The translations under genes and the position numbers were made by a program. DNA of 51,337 bases, from the NCBI GenBank assembly GCA_045046875.1, contig JASFYY010000036.1, positions 1 to 51,337 of the forward strand, read 5' to 3'. The notes beneath the pieces are model-generated. The model was not told the DNA's origin. It searched no databases and saw nothing but the letters and a program-made list of their open reading frames with translations. This document shows positions 39,569 to 49,781 of the stretch, one piece after another. This stretch comes from Verrucomicrobiota bacterium (GTDB lineage Bacteria > Verrucomicrobiota > Verrucomicrobiia > Verrucomicrobiales > DEV007). Within the stretch, counting starts at the first letter, position 1. Each line of letters starts with the position of its first letter.

Positions 39569-39777
39569 TTATACCATTTGAACAGTTAGATTGTCGGAAT
39601 TCCATAGAGATTTGCCGTCAAATCAAGACGTCGCGAGGGAGTGTAGCGGGCTACACGACTGAGCGAGAACGCTGAATTGACGGCAAAGATCCCGGTTTCT
39701 ATCCTGTTGGCGCGTAGCGCGTCTTTCAAAAACCAACAAACATTCATTGCGATGGTATAACTGTGAAAATGGTATTA
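39569..39777. mobile_element. MITE-like non-autonomous element (~209 bp)
   Basis: Terminal inverted repeats TTATACCATTTGAACAGTTA (39569-39588) and TAACTGTGAAAATGGTATTA (39758-39777), 17/20 match; internal perfect IR TTTGCCGTCAA/TTGACGGCAAA (39611-39687) enclosing GTGTAGC-GG-GCTACAC. Confidence 0.7.
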
Positions 39778-40689
39778 TCCCCCCTGCCCCAGCACTTGAT
39801 GACTTTTCATATACTCCATCACCGCCGCGACAAAAGCCTTGGCAAAAGCTTGACGATTTTCCTTGGAATTGCGCACACTTTTGCCCGGACACTCCAACTG
39901 GAATCCACTGATCACCCCTCCGTCGCGCGATCCATATCGGCGAGTATTATAACCTCCGTTAAAATACTTCGCCTTCCCCGCATGAGGAAATTCCGGACTC
40001 GGAACAGATGAAAAACCGCGTTTTTGCATCAAGGCACCAAAACTCAAATCCCCCCGCAGTAATTCCGCAAAGGAGGTTTTACTCTGCTGCGAAAGTTCAC
40101 GAATGCTCGACCGGGCTTCCAAGCCATTAAGCTTTTTATCATCAAGTTGGAGTTGCTTGCTATTCAACAAATAACCCAATTCCAAACGCAGCTGAGGATG
40201 CCCGTGCCCATGCAAATCGATATAAAGCCCTGCACCATTATTTTCGATCACCGACTCCCTTGCCTGTTCGATAAAACCATGAAACTCGCGCCAAGCCCGC
40301 TCCGCCTCTTCACTGCCCTGCGCCGCTTCTCCGATCTCGCGGTTACAATCCAATTTCAATCGCTTGAGATGACAAATAATAACATGCGGAGTTTTCCCCG
40401 TCTGCTGCTGAAACGCCGCGACTATTTCCATCGCTAGCAAATCCGTCGCTCCATCCGCAAGCAATACCCCCTTTTTACGATCAGGAATCGAAGCAGGCTT
40501 CAACCTGCCCCCATGCGGCGCCGAAATGATCAGCGGCAAGTCGCCCGGAATATATTCGATATACTTATTTTCCCCAAACAGATTTTTTCCCGCAAGTAGG
40601 TCCTCTGCTCCCAAGCAAAAGGACTGACTAAAGCCTATCATGCCACCCAGCAGCAGCACACCATATTGTATCACTGTCAGTCGTCTCAT
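39775..40689 (-). CDS. Exported N-formylglutamate amidohydrolase-like (M14-type zinc hydrolase) protein
   Basis: IISAPHGG, LDCNR, IDLHGHGH, YFNGGY, FQLE; N-terminal signal peptide. Confidence 0.8.
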   Translation of the reverse strand: MRRLTVIQYGVLLLGGMIGFSQSFCLGAEDLLAGKNLFGENKYIEYIPGDLPLIISAPHGGRLKPASIPDRKKGVLLADGATDLLAMEIVAAFQQQTGKTPHVIICHLKRLKLDCNREIGEAAQGSEEAERAWREFHGFIEQARESVIENNGAGLYIDLHGHGHPQLRLELGYLLNSKQLQLDDKKLNGLEARSSIRELSQQSKTSFAELLRGDLSFGALMQKRGFSSVPSPEFPHAGKAKYFNGGYNTRRYGSRDGGVISGFQLECPGKSVRNSKENRQAFAKAFVAAVMEYMKSHQVLGQGG

Positions 40690-41444
40690 CCTGTTTTTAT
40701 AAAAGTTTTATCCTCAACCATCATCTCAGGTTCTGCGTGCCATTCGTGAGGTATATCCCTCATCAACAAAGCATGATCAAATTCAATGCTGCCAGGCGGA
40801 AAGATGGAATGATCATCAAAATACGAGGAACTCAACGAATGAATTATCAGCAAGCTCACCTGCCACTGCAAGGTCTTCAACAACAAGCCATCCAACTTAC
40901 ATGTATCCGGGCGTGAGGAATAACCCACACAGCCTGCCTCAAAAAAATCTGACACTTCTTGCAAAGAAGTGAAAATCGAGTTTTCCGGCATCTTTTCACT
41001 ATCCGTCTCAGACGCCTTCAATTTCACCAACGCTTCTTGATAATCTTTTGCTATCACCTGCATCGAGATCTCCCCATCCCTATCCGATACTTCAAAATCT
41101 GACAAATGGTGAACGCCAGGAAAAATCCGTCCTCCCGCCAAAGCATTGAGTTGTGAATCCGTATCTCGTCTGGGAACAAAAACGCCCTCTTTATTTTCAC
41201 TTCCGTCCTGCCACTCAACAGCAATTCGATGCGCTGAATTTTCACTCGAAATCCCCAATAACTTCGGCATGCCTGTCGGGCGAATCTGTTCCAAGCGAAT
41301 CAAACACACTCCCGCAACAGCATATCCATTAACCAACTTGGGACGAAAATTTCCCGGCAGCAAAGCTTCCCCCACCTCAGCCTCAACACGATAATTCAGC
41401 AAAATACGCCGCCGAATAATTCCTGTGATCTTGGGCACTTTCAT
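40686..41444 (-). CDS. DUF2071-family protein (acetoacetate decarboxylase-like fold)
   Basis: RRILLNYR, GVCLIRL, SENSAHRIAVEW, GVFVPRRDT, GGRIFPGVH; stop overlaps start of next gene. Confidence 0.8.
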   Translation of the reverse strand: MKVPKITGIIRRRILLNYRVEAEVGEALLPGNFRPKLVNGYAVAGVCLIRLEQIRPTGMPKLLGISSENSAHRIAVEWQDGSENKEGVFVPRRDTDSQLNALAGGRIFPGVHHLSDFEVSDRDGEISMQVIAKDYQEALVKLKASETDSEKMPENSIFTSLQEVSDFFEAGCVGYSSRPDTCKLDGLLLKTLQWQVSLLIIHSLSSSYFDDHSIFPPGSIEFDHALLMRDIPHEWHAEPEMMVEDKTFIKTG

Positions 41445-41686
41445 TTATCTCTCTATTTTTGTCTCTTGCTCATCCACATTACACGATCATTTACAAATAG
41501 GGAATAAAACCACCCATCTATTCGTGCATAAGCGTCAAAATAACAGCCCCAAAAAGTCAATGCTGTGCCAGCCCTTTTATAAACTAGCCCCCTTTTTATA
41601 ATCGCCCTCAAAACAATTTCCTCTATAGTTACATTATTATTATCCGCACTATCCGTGGTCCCTCTCTTCTCAAATAACATCTTGCC

Positions 41687-43003
41687 TTGAAATTCAACTC
41701 CATCACCTCCACCCCAGCCCGCCTCGCCTTAGTCTGCATGGCAGGCTACCTAATCATCCTCGGTATCGTCGCAGAAAACCAACCCTGGGGACGTGGATGG
41801 TGGCACGATTTCAAATTCTACCTCAACCAAAAAAGCACCTCTTACACCCCACCTGATGAAAACTCTCCGGAGATGGCAGCATTACAGAAAAAAATCGACG
41901 CTTGGTATCCACAAATCCTCGAACGTTATCCTCTACTCAAAGTAGAATACAAAAACGTTCCCGATGATCAAAACGGTTTTCTGAAAATCATCGAATGGCA
42001 GGAGGAACTTTTACCACTATCAAAAGATGAATTCCCCAATGCACTGAACACAAAACTGCCTTCCGGCTATCTTGAAAAAATTGATTGGGATCACCTCCTT
42101 GCTAATCCTCAGGAAATCGAAGCCTTTCTAGCACCAAAAAAAGCAATCCTTGACCGGGCAATGGCCATCGGACTTCTGCCAGAGCAATCCTCATCAGGCA
42201 TATCCTCCGATCGTTATCTATTCCGAACTTCATTATTCAGCAACAAAATCATAAACTATCTACGCTTGAAGGCCATTGCAGAAGCTAAGCAGAAAAATGC
42301 AAGCGCCACGCTGAAAACCTTGTTAGCCAGCAAAGGATGGGCCAATCACATGAGTAATATGGAGACGCCCTACCTCATGAGCACAACCTTCGCTACTAGC
42401 ATCCGCCTCAGCCTCCAATCGACCATTCACAATGAAATCCTCCCCCTTCTGGCAAAAGACGACATCGACTATGAGCAATGGGCTAAACTCACAGAGTCAG
42501 CACCCGATCTACCACATCAATGGCTGAAAATGTGGCGAGGAGAATGGTGCGTCATCGCCAAATCCAAATGGAACACCAAAACCTTATTAGATGAAAACTT
42601 CAGCGACCCAATCGCTTTCATGAACGCAAGTGCAACTGTGTTCAATTCCATTTCTGATCCTAAGACATTTTCCACCCTAGATGACTGGGACACTCCGCCT
42701 CCTCCAGCCAAACTCACCCGAAAGAGCCGTGCTTTCTATGAAGATCAATTTAACAAAAATCTTTTTATTGGCTTTGGCAAAGGATTACTAAGAAGCCACA
42801 CCACCCTCCGTCAATACCAACTCGCCTTCACCCTAAAAAAACTCGAAGCCGAAGATCACGATTTGACCCAACTCGACCAAACCACTCTCGACTCCCTTAC
42901 CACCCAAATTCTCCCCGACCTCCACCTCAACATCGACTTCAACAAGCGCCAAATCACCGCATCCAAAAACAAAATCTCCAATCCAAAAACCATCTCTTTC
43001 TAA
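41687..43003 (+). CDS. Hypothetical membrane-anchored helical protein
   Basis: 438-aa ORF, TTG start, single N-terminal hydrophobic segment, no recognised motif. Confidence 0.7.
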   Translation: MKFNSITSTPARLALVCMAGYLIILGIVAENQPWGRGWWHDFKFYLNQKSTSYTPPDENSPEMAALQKKIDAWYPQILERYPLLKVEYKNVPDDQNGFLKIIEWQEELLPLSKDEFPNALNTKLPSGYLEKIDWDHLLANPQEIEAFLAPKKAILDRAMAIGLLPEQSSSGISSDRYLFRTSLFSNKIINYLRLKAIAEAKQKNASATLKTLLASKGWANHMSNMETPYLMSTTFATSIRLSLQSTIHNEILPLLAKDDIDYEQWAKLTESAPDLPHQWLKMWRGEWCVIAKSKWNTKTLLDENFSDPIAFMNASATVFNSISDPKTFSTLDDWDTPPPPAKLTRKSRAFYEDQFNKNLFIGFGKGLLRSHTTLRQYQLAFTLKKLEAEDHDLTQLDQTTLDSLTTQILPDLHLNIDFNKRQITASKNKISNPKTISF

Positions 43004-43006
43004 AAT

Positions 43007-43068
43007 CCATCATTCTTATTCGTGTTCATTAGTGGTTCCCTCCCTCTTCAAAAAAACCCCTCTTTCAC
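43007..43068. repeat. Long direct repeat copy 1 (62 bp)
   Basis: Aligns with 46139-46201 with 6 mismatches and 1 indel. Confidence 0.85.
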
Positions 43069-43083
43069 AATACATACTCAAGC

Positions 43084-45858
43084 TCAATCCCCGTAATCGA
43101 AAGTATTAAAAGAATAACGGATGTTCTTGCACCCCTTTGAACATAACCACTCAGCCATAGCGGGAAGACCATACGCCGGCGATACAAACCTCAGTTGAGA
43201 CAAATGGATTTCATCTCCTTCTCTGGCAACCATTCCCCACTGGACAGAATAACGATCTCTCCCCAGCTGGGTCTCTCCATCCACAGCCGGCAAAGCCCCC
43301 ATGCGCTCAAAAAGTTTCTTATTGGCACCCTCGTAACTCCCCTCTGCGACCTCTTTTTCAACTTCTCCCCATAGGTCAAGGACCTCCTGATCCAGATCTT
43401 TGCGCAAACGCAGAGGCTCAACAGCTTTTCGCTCCCTTGTTCTCCTCACCTCATCTGCTTCAACCTGTAGCCGCTTTAATTTTTCTTTATCTCCTCGTCT
43501 AATCGCTACCTGCATCTGTTTATTCAACCCATTGCCTGCATCAGGATCAAAGGCCTCTTCTACTGCATTCAAAATCAATCCATAGGTGGCACGAGCCTTG
43601 GCATGTTCAGCTTTCAGCCCAGGATCACGATCATCACGGGGTTCCCACGGGGGTATCAGGTTCCCCCTCATACTGGTGGCGAAAAAAGCTTCGATTTCTT
43701 CATTCATTTTTACTGCCAGCTCCTCACTAGGAGAATTGAACACAAGTGAAGCCGTCACAGGATAATTCGATGAATGAGCAAACACGTTTTTACTATGCTC
43801 TTCAAACCTGGCAAACCATTCGCCTCTGAATTCCGATGCAAGCCCGGGAATTGCCAAAAACACGGTTTGACCAAACTTTCGGCAAGCCGTCCCATCGGGC
43901 AATTGACTAGACAGTTTTAGGAACAACTCTTCAAGTATTTCTGGTGATTCCACCGTCGCCACTATTACATTGTCCAAGAGTTCCGTTGACGCATCGGCAT
44001 CCACTCCCACCCAGGAAGTGTCCTCATTACAATCAAATAAAAGCGTAGGTTCATCCTCCCCGAACATGGCAAACCTACCGACATCTGCCAAGTCAGATAA
44101 CATGCCGGGATTCGGGCCAAATATAAAAACCACGCAAAACAAAACCGCCATTGCAAACCCGGTAACTTGAGCTACCAAAGCCGCACCTGATCCCAGCCAC
44201 CCCGGAGGTTGAGCGTTCAACGACTCGAAAATTTGCACCGTATGCTGAGCTATGACCTTAGTATTCAAAGCCGCATGATTGTATGACGCATTAATCTCAG
44301 CAACAATCTCACGTGCCGTTTCTGGAGGTATGGTATCTCCCTCCAATGCCGACGCCGTCACACCTTTCAACTTCAATGTATGTACAGCTTTGGCTTTTTT
44401 GTATGCCAAAGGCAGTCCTAGTAACATAAAAACACCCAGAATAAGCAAAACAGTCCCACCACCCAGGTAACCCCATGCAACAAAGCCCACTCCCGCCAGA
44501 GACCTGAATGTGATATCCAGCAAATAATGACGGCAGAAAAAAGTTGAATGCAATACCCAGCCTCCATCCAATGGTAAAAAGGGCAAAAGATTAAACCCAT
44601 TCAAGATGAGAAACATGATGGCTATATCGGTAAAATAAGATTGCCCCAACAACATCCCCAACGAACCCAGAATTGCTCCGAGAATTATGCCTGGCAGCGG
44701 TCCCATCAAAGAAACAATCACCTTTTTCCAGCCCGGAACATTGTAATGTTTTCCCGAAACAGCTGCGCCAAAAAACGGAATAAAAAACATTCTTACATTT
44801 CGATACTTAAACAGCTTCATTGCCACAAAATGTCCCAATTCATGAATCAACAAAACTCCCAACAAAAGCAACGTCGTTTGCCAGGTCCATCGCAAAGGAC
44901 CCGCTGCCATGAATAGCAAAGCTGAAACACCTAATATCAATACTGCGTTCCCCCAACCAGGCTTCTCGCTTTCTTTCCGTTGGATTTCATCTAAAACCTC
45001 TTGGTATAATGCAGGCGTTTCCCTTGAAACAGAGGATTGATTAGGAACAAGTGTTTCGTCCACTTCGGACAGCACTTCATGCTCCTCGATTGAAGCCTCA
45101 GCAGGCATCGATGAAATGGCCGAGTGACTACGGGAAGTCATTTGCTCTCGCATCAACTCCACCTCGCGATCCGACATCATAGTATAATATCCACGCTTAA
45201 TATGAAATTCGAACGATCTCTTGTCGTTATAATCCAGTAATTTGATCAGCTCTGCCTCGGATTTCACCTTCTGAATCAATTCCGGTTCACGCCCCCCGGA
45301 AAGTCGTTCTTGGTGAGCCTGCCAAAGCTCCTCAGGTGTCGCCCCCACAAGTCGTTTCACACTGTCACCAGGCATATCAATTATCTGTTGCGCAGCATTA
45401 TTCGTTTCCAAAAAAGTGCCGTCCGTTCGCATCGAAACCAATGAAACTACAGTTTTGCTAATCGATACCAATCCGTTGGTGTGTTTAACATGAATCACTA
45501 TGGCAACCGTCTCGCCTGATCGGTGTAGCATCGCCACTCCCGCGTCCTGTTGCTCTTGTGCAGGCGGCATGAGCAAACCCTTAATCACATGATAAAAAGG
45601 AGAATGAAAACCAAGATCGCCCAGCTTACTGACATTCGTTACAATCGGCTCGTGACAAATTTCTGGAATTTCCTCCTCCTTTACTTGCCACTCCCGAAGC
45701 GTATCAGGACGAGGAATCCCAACGGGATCTGGTAATTTAATCCGCAGGAGCTTCATTACCCAAAGAATAACAACCTGCCAGTTACGAGTTAAATACCAGC
45801 ACTCCTTAAAAGAAATCTTACTGGAATTCGTCTTGTGATACTTGGAAACTTGATTCAT
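43084..45858 (-). CDS. Site-2 protease (peptidase M50) with large N- and C-terminal soluble extensions
   Basis: IHELGH, FIPFFGA, SLMGPLPG, NLLPFLPLDGG motifs; start at ATG 45858 or TTG 45864. Confidence 0.9.
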   Translation of the reverse strand: MNQVSKYHKTNSSKISFKECWYLTRNWQVVILWVMKLLRIKLPDPVGIPRPDTLREWQVKEEEIPEICHEPIVTNVSKLGDLGFHSPFYHVIKGLLMPPAQEQQDAGVAMLHRSGETVAIVIHVKHTNGLVSISKTVVSLVSMRTDGTFLETNNAAQQIIDMPGDSVKRLVGATPEELWQAHQERLSGGREPELIQKVKSEAELIKLLDYNDKRSFEFHIKRGYYTMMSDREVELMREQMTSRSHSAISSMPAEASIEEHEVLSEVDETLVPNQSSVSRETPALYQEVLDEIQRKESEKPGWGNAVLILGVSALLFMAAGPLRWTWQTTLLLLGVLLIHELGHFVAMKLFKYRNVRMFFIPFFGAAVSGKHYNVPGWKKVIVSLMGPLPGIILGAILGSLGMLLGQSYFTDIAIMFLILNGFNLLPFLPLDGGWVLHSTFFCRHYLLDITFRSLAGVGFVAWGYLGGGTVLLILGVFMLLGLPLAYKKAKAVHTLKLKGVTASALEGDTIPPETAREIVAEINASYNHAALNTKVIAQHTVQIFESLNAQPPGWLGSGAALVAQVTGFAMAVLFCVVFIFGPNPGMLSDLADVGRFAMFGEDEPTLLFDCNEDTSWVGVDADASTELLDNVIVATVESPEILEELFLKLSSQLPDGTACRKFGQTVFLAIPGLASEFRGEWFARFEEHSKNVFAHSSNYPVTASLVFNSPSEELAVKMNEEIEAFFATSMRGNLIPPWEPRDDRDPGLKAEHAKARATYGLILNAVEEAFDPDAGNGLNKQMQVAIRRGDKEKLKRLQVEADEVRRTRERKAVEPLRLRKDLDQEVLDLWGEVEKEVAEGSYEGANKKLFERMGALPAVDGETQLGRDRYSVQWGMVAREGDEIHLSQLRFVSPAYGLPAMAEWLCSKGCKNIRYSFNTFDYGD

Positions 45859-46138
45859 TTGCAAATGGGAAAAAACTTGGATTACAACCTAAGTAAAAAA
45901 ACTTAGCAAGCATTATCCAATTATAATCCCAGAGACATCATACTTTTTATCGATGAGTATTCCTCCATGACGAAAAATCATTCTAACCCGGTAAGCCTGT
46001 GAAGGAGCAACTCCTGAACCACCCTCAACACCGTAAAATCTTACTTGAAAGATTACACTGTTTTCCAAACTATTGCTTCTCAGCATTAATATCTCTGAAA
46101 CAAGTTATCTCAGAGCACACGCCATCTCCTTCTATAAC

Positions 46139-46201
46139 CCATCATTCTTATTCGTGTTAATTCGTGGTTCCTTCCATCTTTAAAAAAACACCCGCTTTCA
46201 C
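46139..46201. repeat. Long direct repeat copy 2 (63 bp)
   Basis: ccatcattcttattcgtgttaattcgtggttccttccatctttaaaaaaacacccgctttcac. Confidence 0.85.
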
Positions 46202-46256
46202 TTGTCAAAAACCCGATCGACCTTAACTTTCCAGCCTTTAAATCTCAAATAAAACC

Positions 46257-47189
46257 ATGTCTAGAAAACTCAGCCACATCGCCCCCGAATGGTGGGATTA
46301 CACCACCCTCGATGACAGCCTAATCAACGACGCCGCCAACCTGACGGCTGACGATTTGCTGCAACTTTCCCGCCCCGGCTTCAAGGTCGTTTTTTACGAC
46401 ACCCTGGAAGACTTTTATCTCGCCGAAGCGCTCGAATACATCCACGCCTGGCAACAATCCACCGCTGACAACCCCGTTGGAATTTGCGGTCCCGTCGGCC
46501 CAACCGAACAAATGCCGCTGGTGGCTCGTTTGGTCAACGAACTAAATATCGATCTCAAAAGCGCCCACTTCTGGGGCATGGACGAGTGGATTGGCAAGGA
46601 CGGCAAAGCCGTCTCCACCGACCACCCGCTTTCTTTCGAAAGAGCCGATCGTGGCATGCTGTTCAATCAACTCAAACCCGAACTGGTGATGGCGGACGAG
46701 AATCTCCACTTCCCCACGGAAAATGTCGCCGACTATATCGGCACCTGGGACGGTGTGCGCTGCGCAGTGATGCAAGGCGGTCAGGGTGATATCAAACACT
46801 GGGCTTTCAACGACCCACTCAAACGCGAAGGCAAATACACCGACGCCCCACCCACTCCGGAAGAATACCGTGCCCTCGGCACCCGCATCGTCGATCTGCA
46901 CCCCGTCACGCTAGCGCAAAACGCCCGCACATCCGGCGGCGGCAACGTCACTCTCGTGCCAGCCAAAGCCGTCACCGTCGGCCCCTTGGAAACCTGGAAA
47001 GCCGAGAAGGTCAGCATCTGGCACGCTGGCACCCACGACAACCCGTTAGGTCAAAGACTGACTGCCATGATGATCTCCAAAGGCATCGCCGACTCATCCG
47101 TGCCAATGTCGCTATTGGCCGATCACCCCAACGTGCAGTTCAACTACTATCGCCCCGGCATCGGATCCTGCGACGTCGACATGCACTAA
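46257..47189 (+). CDS. Divergent glucosamine-6-phosphate isomerase/deaminase (NagB)-fold protein
   Basis: [26 protein letters not shown] (cf. NagB GHIAFNEP), [16 protein letters not shown]. Confidence 0.8.
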   Translation: MSRKLSHIAPEWWDYTTLDDSLINDAANLTADDLLQLSRPGFKVVFYDTLEDFYLAEALEYIHAWQQSTADNPVGICGPVGPTEQMPLVARLVNELNIDLKSAHFWGMDEWIGKDGKAVSTDHPLSFERADRGMLFNQLKPELVMADENLHFPTENVADYIGTWDGVRCAVMQGGQGDIKHWAFNDPLKREGKYTDAPPTPEEYRALGTRIVDLHPVTLAQNARTSGGGNVTLVPAKAVTVGPLETWKAEKVSIWHAGTHDNPLGQRLTAMMISKGIADSSVPMSLLADHPNVQFNYYRPGIGSCDVDMH

Positions 47190-47194
47190 ATAAT

Positions 47195-47216
47195 GTAGCA
47201 CAGGTTTCAAACCTGT
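47195..47216. repeat. GTAG-type REP-like palindrome
   Basis: GTAGC-ACAGGTT-TC-AAACCTGT hairpin between the NagB-like gene and araB. Confidence 0.6.
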
Positions 47217-47230
47217 AACACATTCACAAC

Positions 47231-48919
47231 ATGAGCAAATACGCCATCGGCCTCGACTACGGCACTAATTCCTGTCGTTCACTATTGATCAATCTGGAAA
47301 ACGGTGCCGAACTCGGCTCGACGGTCTTCCCCTACCCTTCCGGCGAACAGGGCATCCTGACCGATCCCGCAGACCCTAACATTGCGCGTCAGAACCCACA
47401 GGACTATCTCGATGGCCTACAAGCCATCATCTGCGGAGCGATCGAACAAGCCAAACAAAATGACCCCGCCTTTGATCCCGCCAACGTTCTTGGCATCGGA
47501 GTGGACACCACCGGCAGCACTCCCATCCCAGTCGATGAAGCAGGCACCCCGCTTGGATTAAAACCCGAATTTGCCAACAATGCCAACGCCATGGTGTGGC
47601 TGTGGAAAGACCACACCAGCCATGCAGAAGCCGCGCAGATCACAGCCACCGCAGAAAAAATGCGCCCCGAGTATCTCGCCAAATGCGGCGGCATCTATTC
47701 CTCCGAATGGTGGTGGAGCAAAATCTGGCGTTGCCTAAAAACAGACCCCGAAGTATTTGCCGCCGCCCATTCGTGGGTCGAACACTGTGACTGGATCCCG
47801 GCAGTTCTCACCGGAACCACTCGCCCGGACCAAATTTCCCGCAGCACTTGTGCCGCCGGACACAAAGCGATGTTCAACGATCAATGGGGAGGTTTGCCAG
47901 ACAAGGAATTTCTCAGCCAACTCGATCCCGCTCTCGCCGACCTGCGCGACCGCCTTTACGATCAAACGTTCAGCTCTGACCACAAAGCCGGAGGGCTCAC
48001 CGCTGAATGGTCGGAAAAACTGGGACTGCCCGAGGGCATCGCAGTCGCCGTCGGAGCCTTCGACGCCCACATGGGAGCGGTTGGCTCCGGAGTCAAAGAA
48101 GGCACGCTGGTGAAAATCCTCGGCACCAGCACCTGCGACATCACCGTCGCCCCCAACAGCAAAACTCTCGCCGACATCCCCGGCCTGTGTGGAGTCGCCA
48201 ATCAATCCGTGCTGCCCGATCACTACGGCATCGAAGCCGGACAATCAGCCGTCGGCGATACCTTCCTGTGGTTTGTCCACAACCTCGTCCCTGACAGCTA
48301 CGGCAAAACCATCGGCGAAAAATTTGACAACATGGAGACCGAACTGGCCAAGCAAAAACCCGGCGAATCCGGACTGCTCGCTCTCGATTGGAACAACGGC
48401 AACCGCACCATCCTCGTCGATGTGCGTCTGACCGGCCTTTTACTTGGACAAACCCTGCACACCAAAGCCCACGAAATCTACCGCGCGCTGATCGAATCCA
48501 CCGCCTTCGGCGCGCTGACCATCATCAAACGCATGGAGGAACACGGTGTCGAAGTCCGCGAAGTGGTCAATACCGGCGGTCTATCGCTGAAAAACGAGAC
48601 TCTGATGCAAATCTACGCCGACGTGATCGGCCTACCCATGAAGGTAGCCGCCAGCGAGCAAACCTGCGCCATGGGCTCAGCCCTGTTTGGCGCCGTCGCC
48701 AGTGGAAGCGTGACTTTGCCGGAGGTGCAACAAGCAAGCTGCAAAATACAGCAGAAAATTTACACTCCCAATCCTGAAAACCAGAAGACCTACACAAAAA
48801 TCTACACCCTATACCGCGAACTCCATGATGCTTTTGGCACAGCAGAGTGGCAGGGTAAAATGAATCACATCATGAAAGACCTGATCGACCTTCGCCAACA
48901 AGCCCGCAGCGAAAAATAA
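47231..48919 (+). CDS. araB: Ribulokinase (FGGY family)
   Basis: IGLDYGTNS, GVDTTGST, WLWKDHT, GGIYSSEWWW, AFDAHMGAVG, LGTSTCD, EAGQSAVGD, LDWNNGNR. Confidence 0.95.
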   Translation: MSKYAIGLDYGTNSCRSLLINLENGAELGSTVFPYPSGEQGILTDPADPNIARQNPQDYLDGLQAIICGAIEQAKQNDPAFDPANVLGIGVDTTGSTPIPVDEAGTPLGLKPEFANNANAMVWLWKDHTSHAEAAQITATAEKMRPEYLAKCGGIYSSEWWWSKIWRCLKTDPEVFAAAHSWVEHCDWIPAVLTGTTRPDQISRSTCAAGHKAMFNDQWGGLPDKEFLSQLDPALADLRDRLYDQTFSSDHKAGGLTAEWSEKLGLPEGIAVAVGAFDAHMGAVGSGVKEGTLVKILGTSTCDITVAPNSKTLADIPGLCGVANQSVLPDHYGIEAGQSAVGDTFLWFVHNLVPDSYGKTIGEKFDNMETELAKQKPGESGLLALDWNNGNRTILVDVRLTGLLLGQTLHTKAHEIYRALIESTAFGALTIIKRMEEHGVEVREVVNTGGLSLKNETLMQIYADVIGLPMKVAASEQTCAMGSALFGAVASGSVTLPEVQQASCKIQQKIYTPNPENQKTYTKIYTLYRELHDAFGTAEWQGKMNHIMKDLIDLRQQARSEK

Positions 48920-48923
48920 AACC

Positions 48924-49622
48924 ATGCTCGAAGAACTACGCCAGGAAATTTGTCAAGCCAACCAACTGTTGGAGAGCTCAGGGTTGGTCAAACTGACCTT
49001 TGGCAATGTCAGCGGTATCGACCGGGATCAAGGCATCTTTGGCATCAAACCCAGCGGCGTGGCTTACGCTGACTTGAAACCCGAGCAAATTGTCTTGATC
49101 GACCTTGAGGGAAAAACCGTCGAAGGCGATTTGCGCCCCTCTTCCGACACCAAAACCCACCTCGAACTCTACCGCGCCTGGCCCTCGATTGGCGGAGTGA
49201 CGCACACCCACAGCATTCACGCCACCAGCTTCGCCCAAGCCGGACGCCCCCTGCCCTGCCTCGGCACCACTCACGCCGATCACTTTTACGGCGAAGTTCC
49301 CGTCTGCCGTCCGCTCACTCCTGAAGAAGTCGAACAAGACTACGAGGGCCACACCGGACTCGCTATTATCGAGCACTTCGAGCAGCACCATATCGATCCG
49401 GCCACCATGCCCGCCGTGCTGCAACATCACCACGCGCCTTTCAGCTGGGGAAAAAATGCCATGGACTCGATCAAAAACAGCATCGCGCTGGAAGTCTGCG
49501 CAGAAATGGCACTGTCCACCTTTCAGCTAGAGCCCTCCACCGCCGCCATCCCCACGCACATTTTGGAAAAACACCATCAGCGCAAACACGGAGCCAATGC
49601 CTACTACGGGCAATCCAGCTGA
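48924..49622 (+). CDS. araD: L-ribulose-5-phosphate 4-epimerase
   Basis: GNVS, IKPSGV, PSSDT.TH, THTHS, GTTHADHF, KHGANAYYGQ. Confidence 0.95.
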   Translation: MLEELRQEICQANQLLESSGLVKLTFGNVSGIDRDQGIFGIKPSGVAYADLKPEQIVLIDLEGKTVEGDLRPSSDTKTHLELYRAWPSIGGVTHTHSIHATSFAQAGRPLPCLGTTHADHFYGEVPVCRPLTPEEVEQDYEGHTGLAIIEHFEQHHIDPATMPAVLQHHHAPFSWGKNAMDSIKNSIALEVCAEMALSTFQLEPSTAAIPTHILEKHHQRKHGANAYYGQSS

Positions 49623-49781
49623 TTCACATTCTTCATTCTACCCTACCGTGGCCTCGTCAGGCTCGCGTGTGCCTTTTGCTGAAATCATGAATCACTAAAT
49701 TTCCCCAGCTGCCAGTTGCACATCGCCGTCACAAGGCCAAGGTTGCCACTCGCTCAACAACGCCACCATTTTACTATCACC

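Noticed and set aside
41453..41680. 75-aa minus-strand ORF
   Set aside because: AT-rich divergent intergenic region containing a repeat copy; no protein-like features
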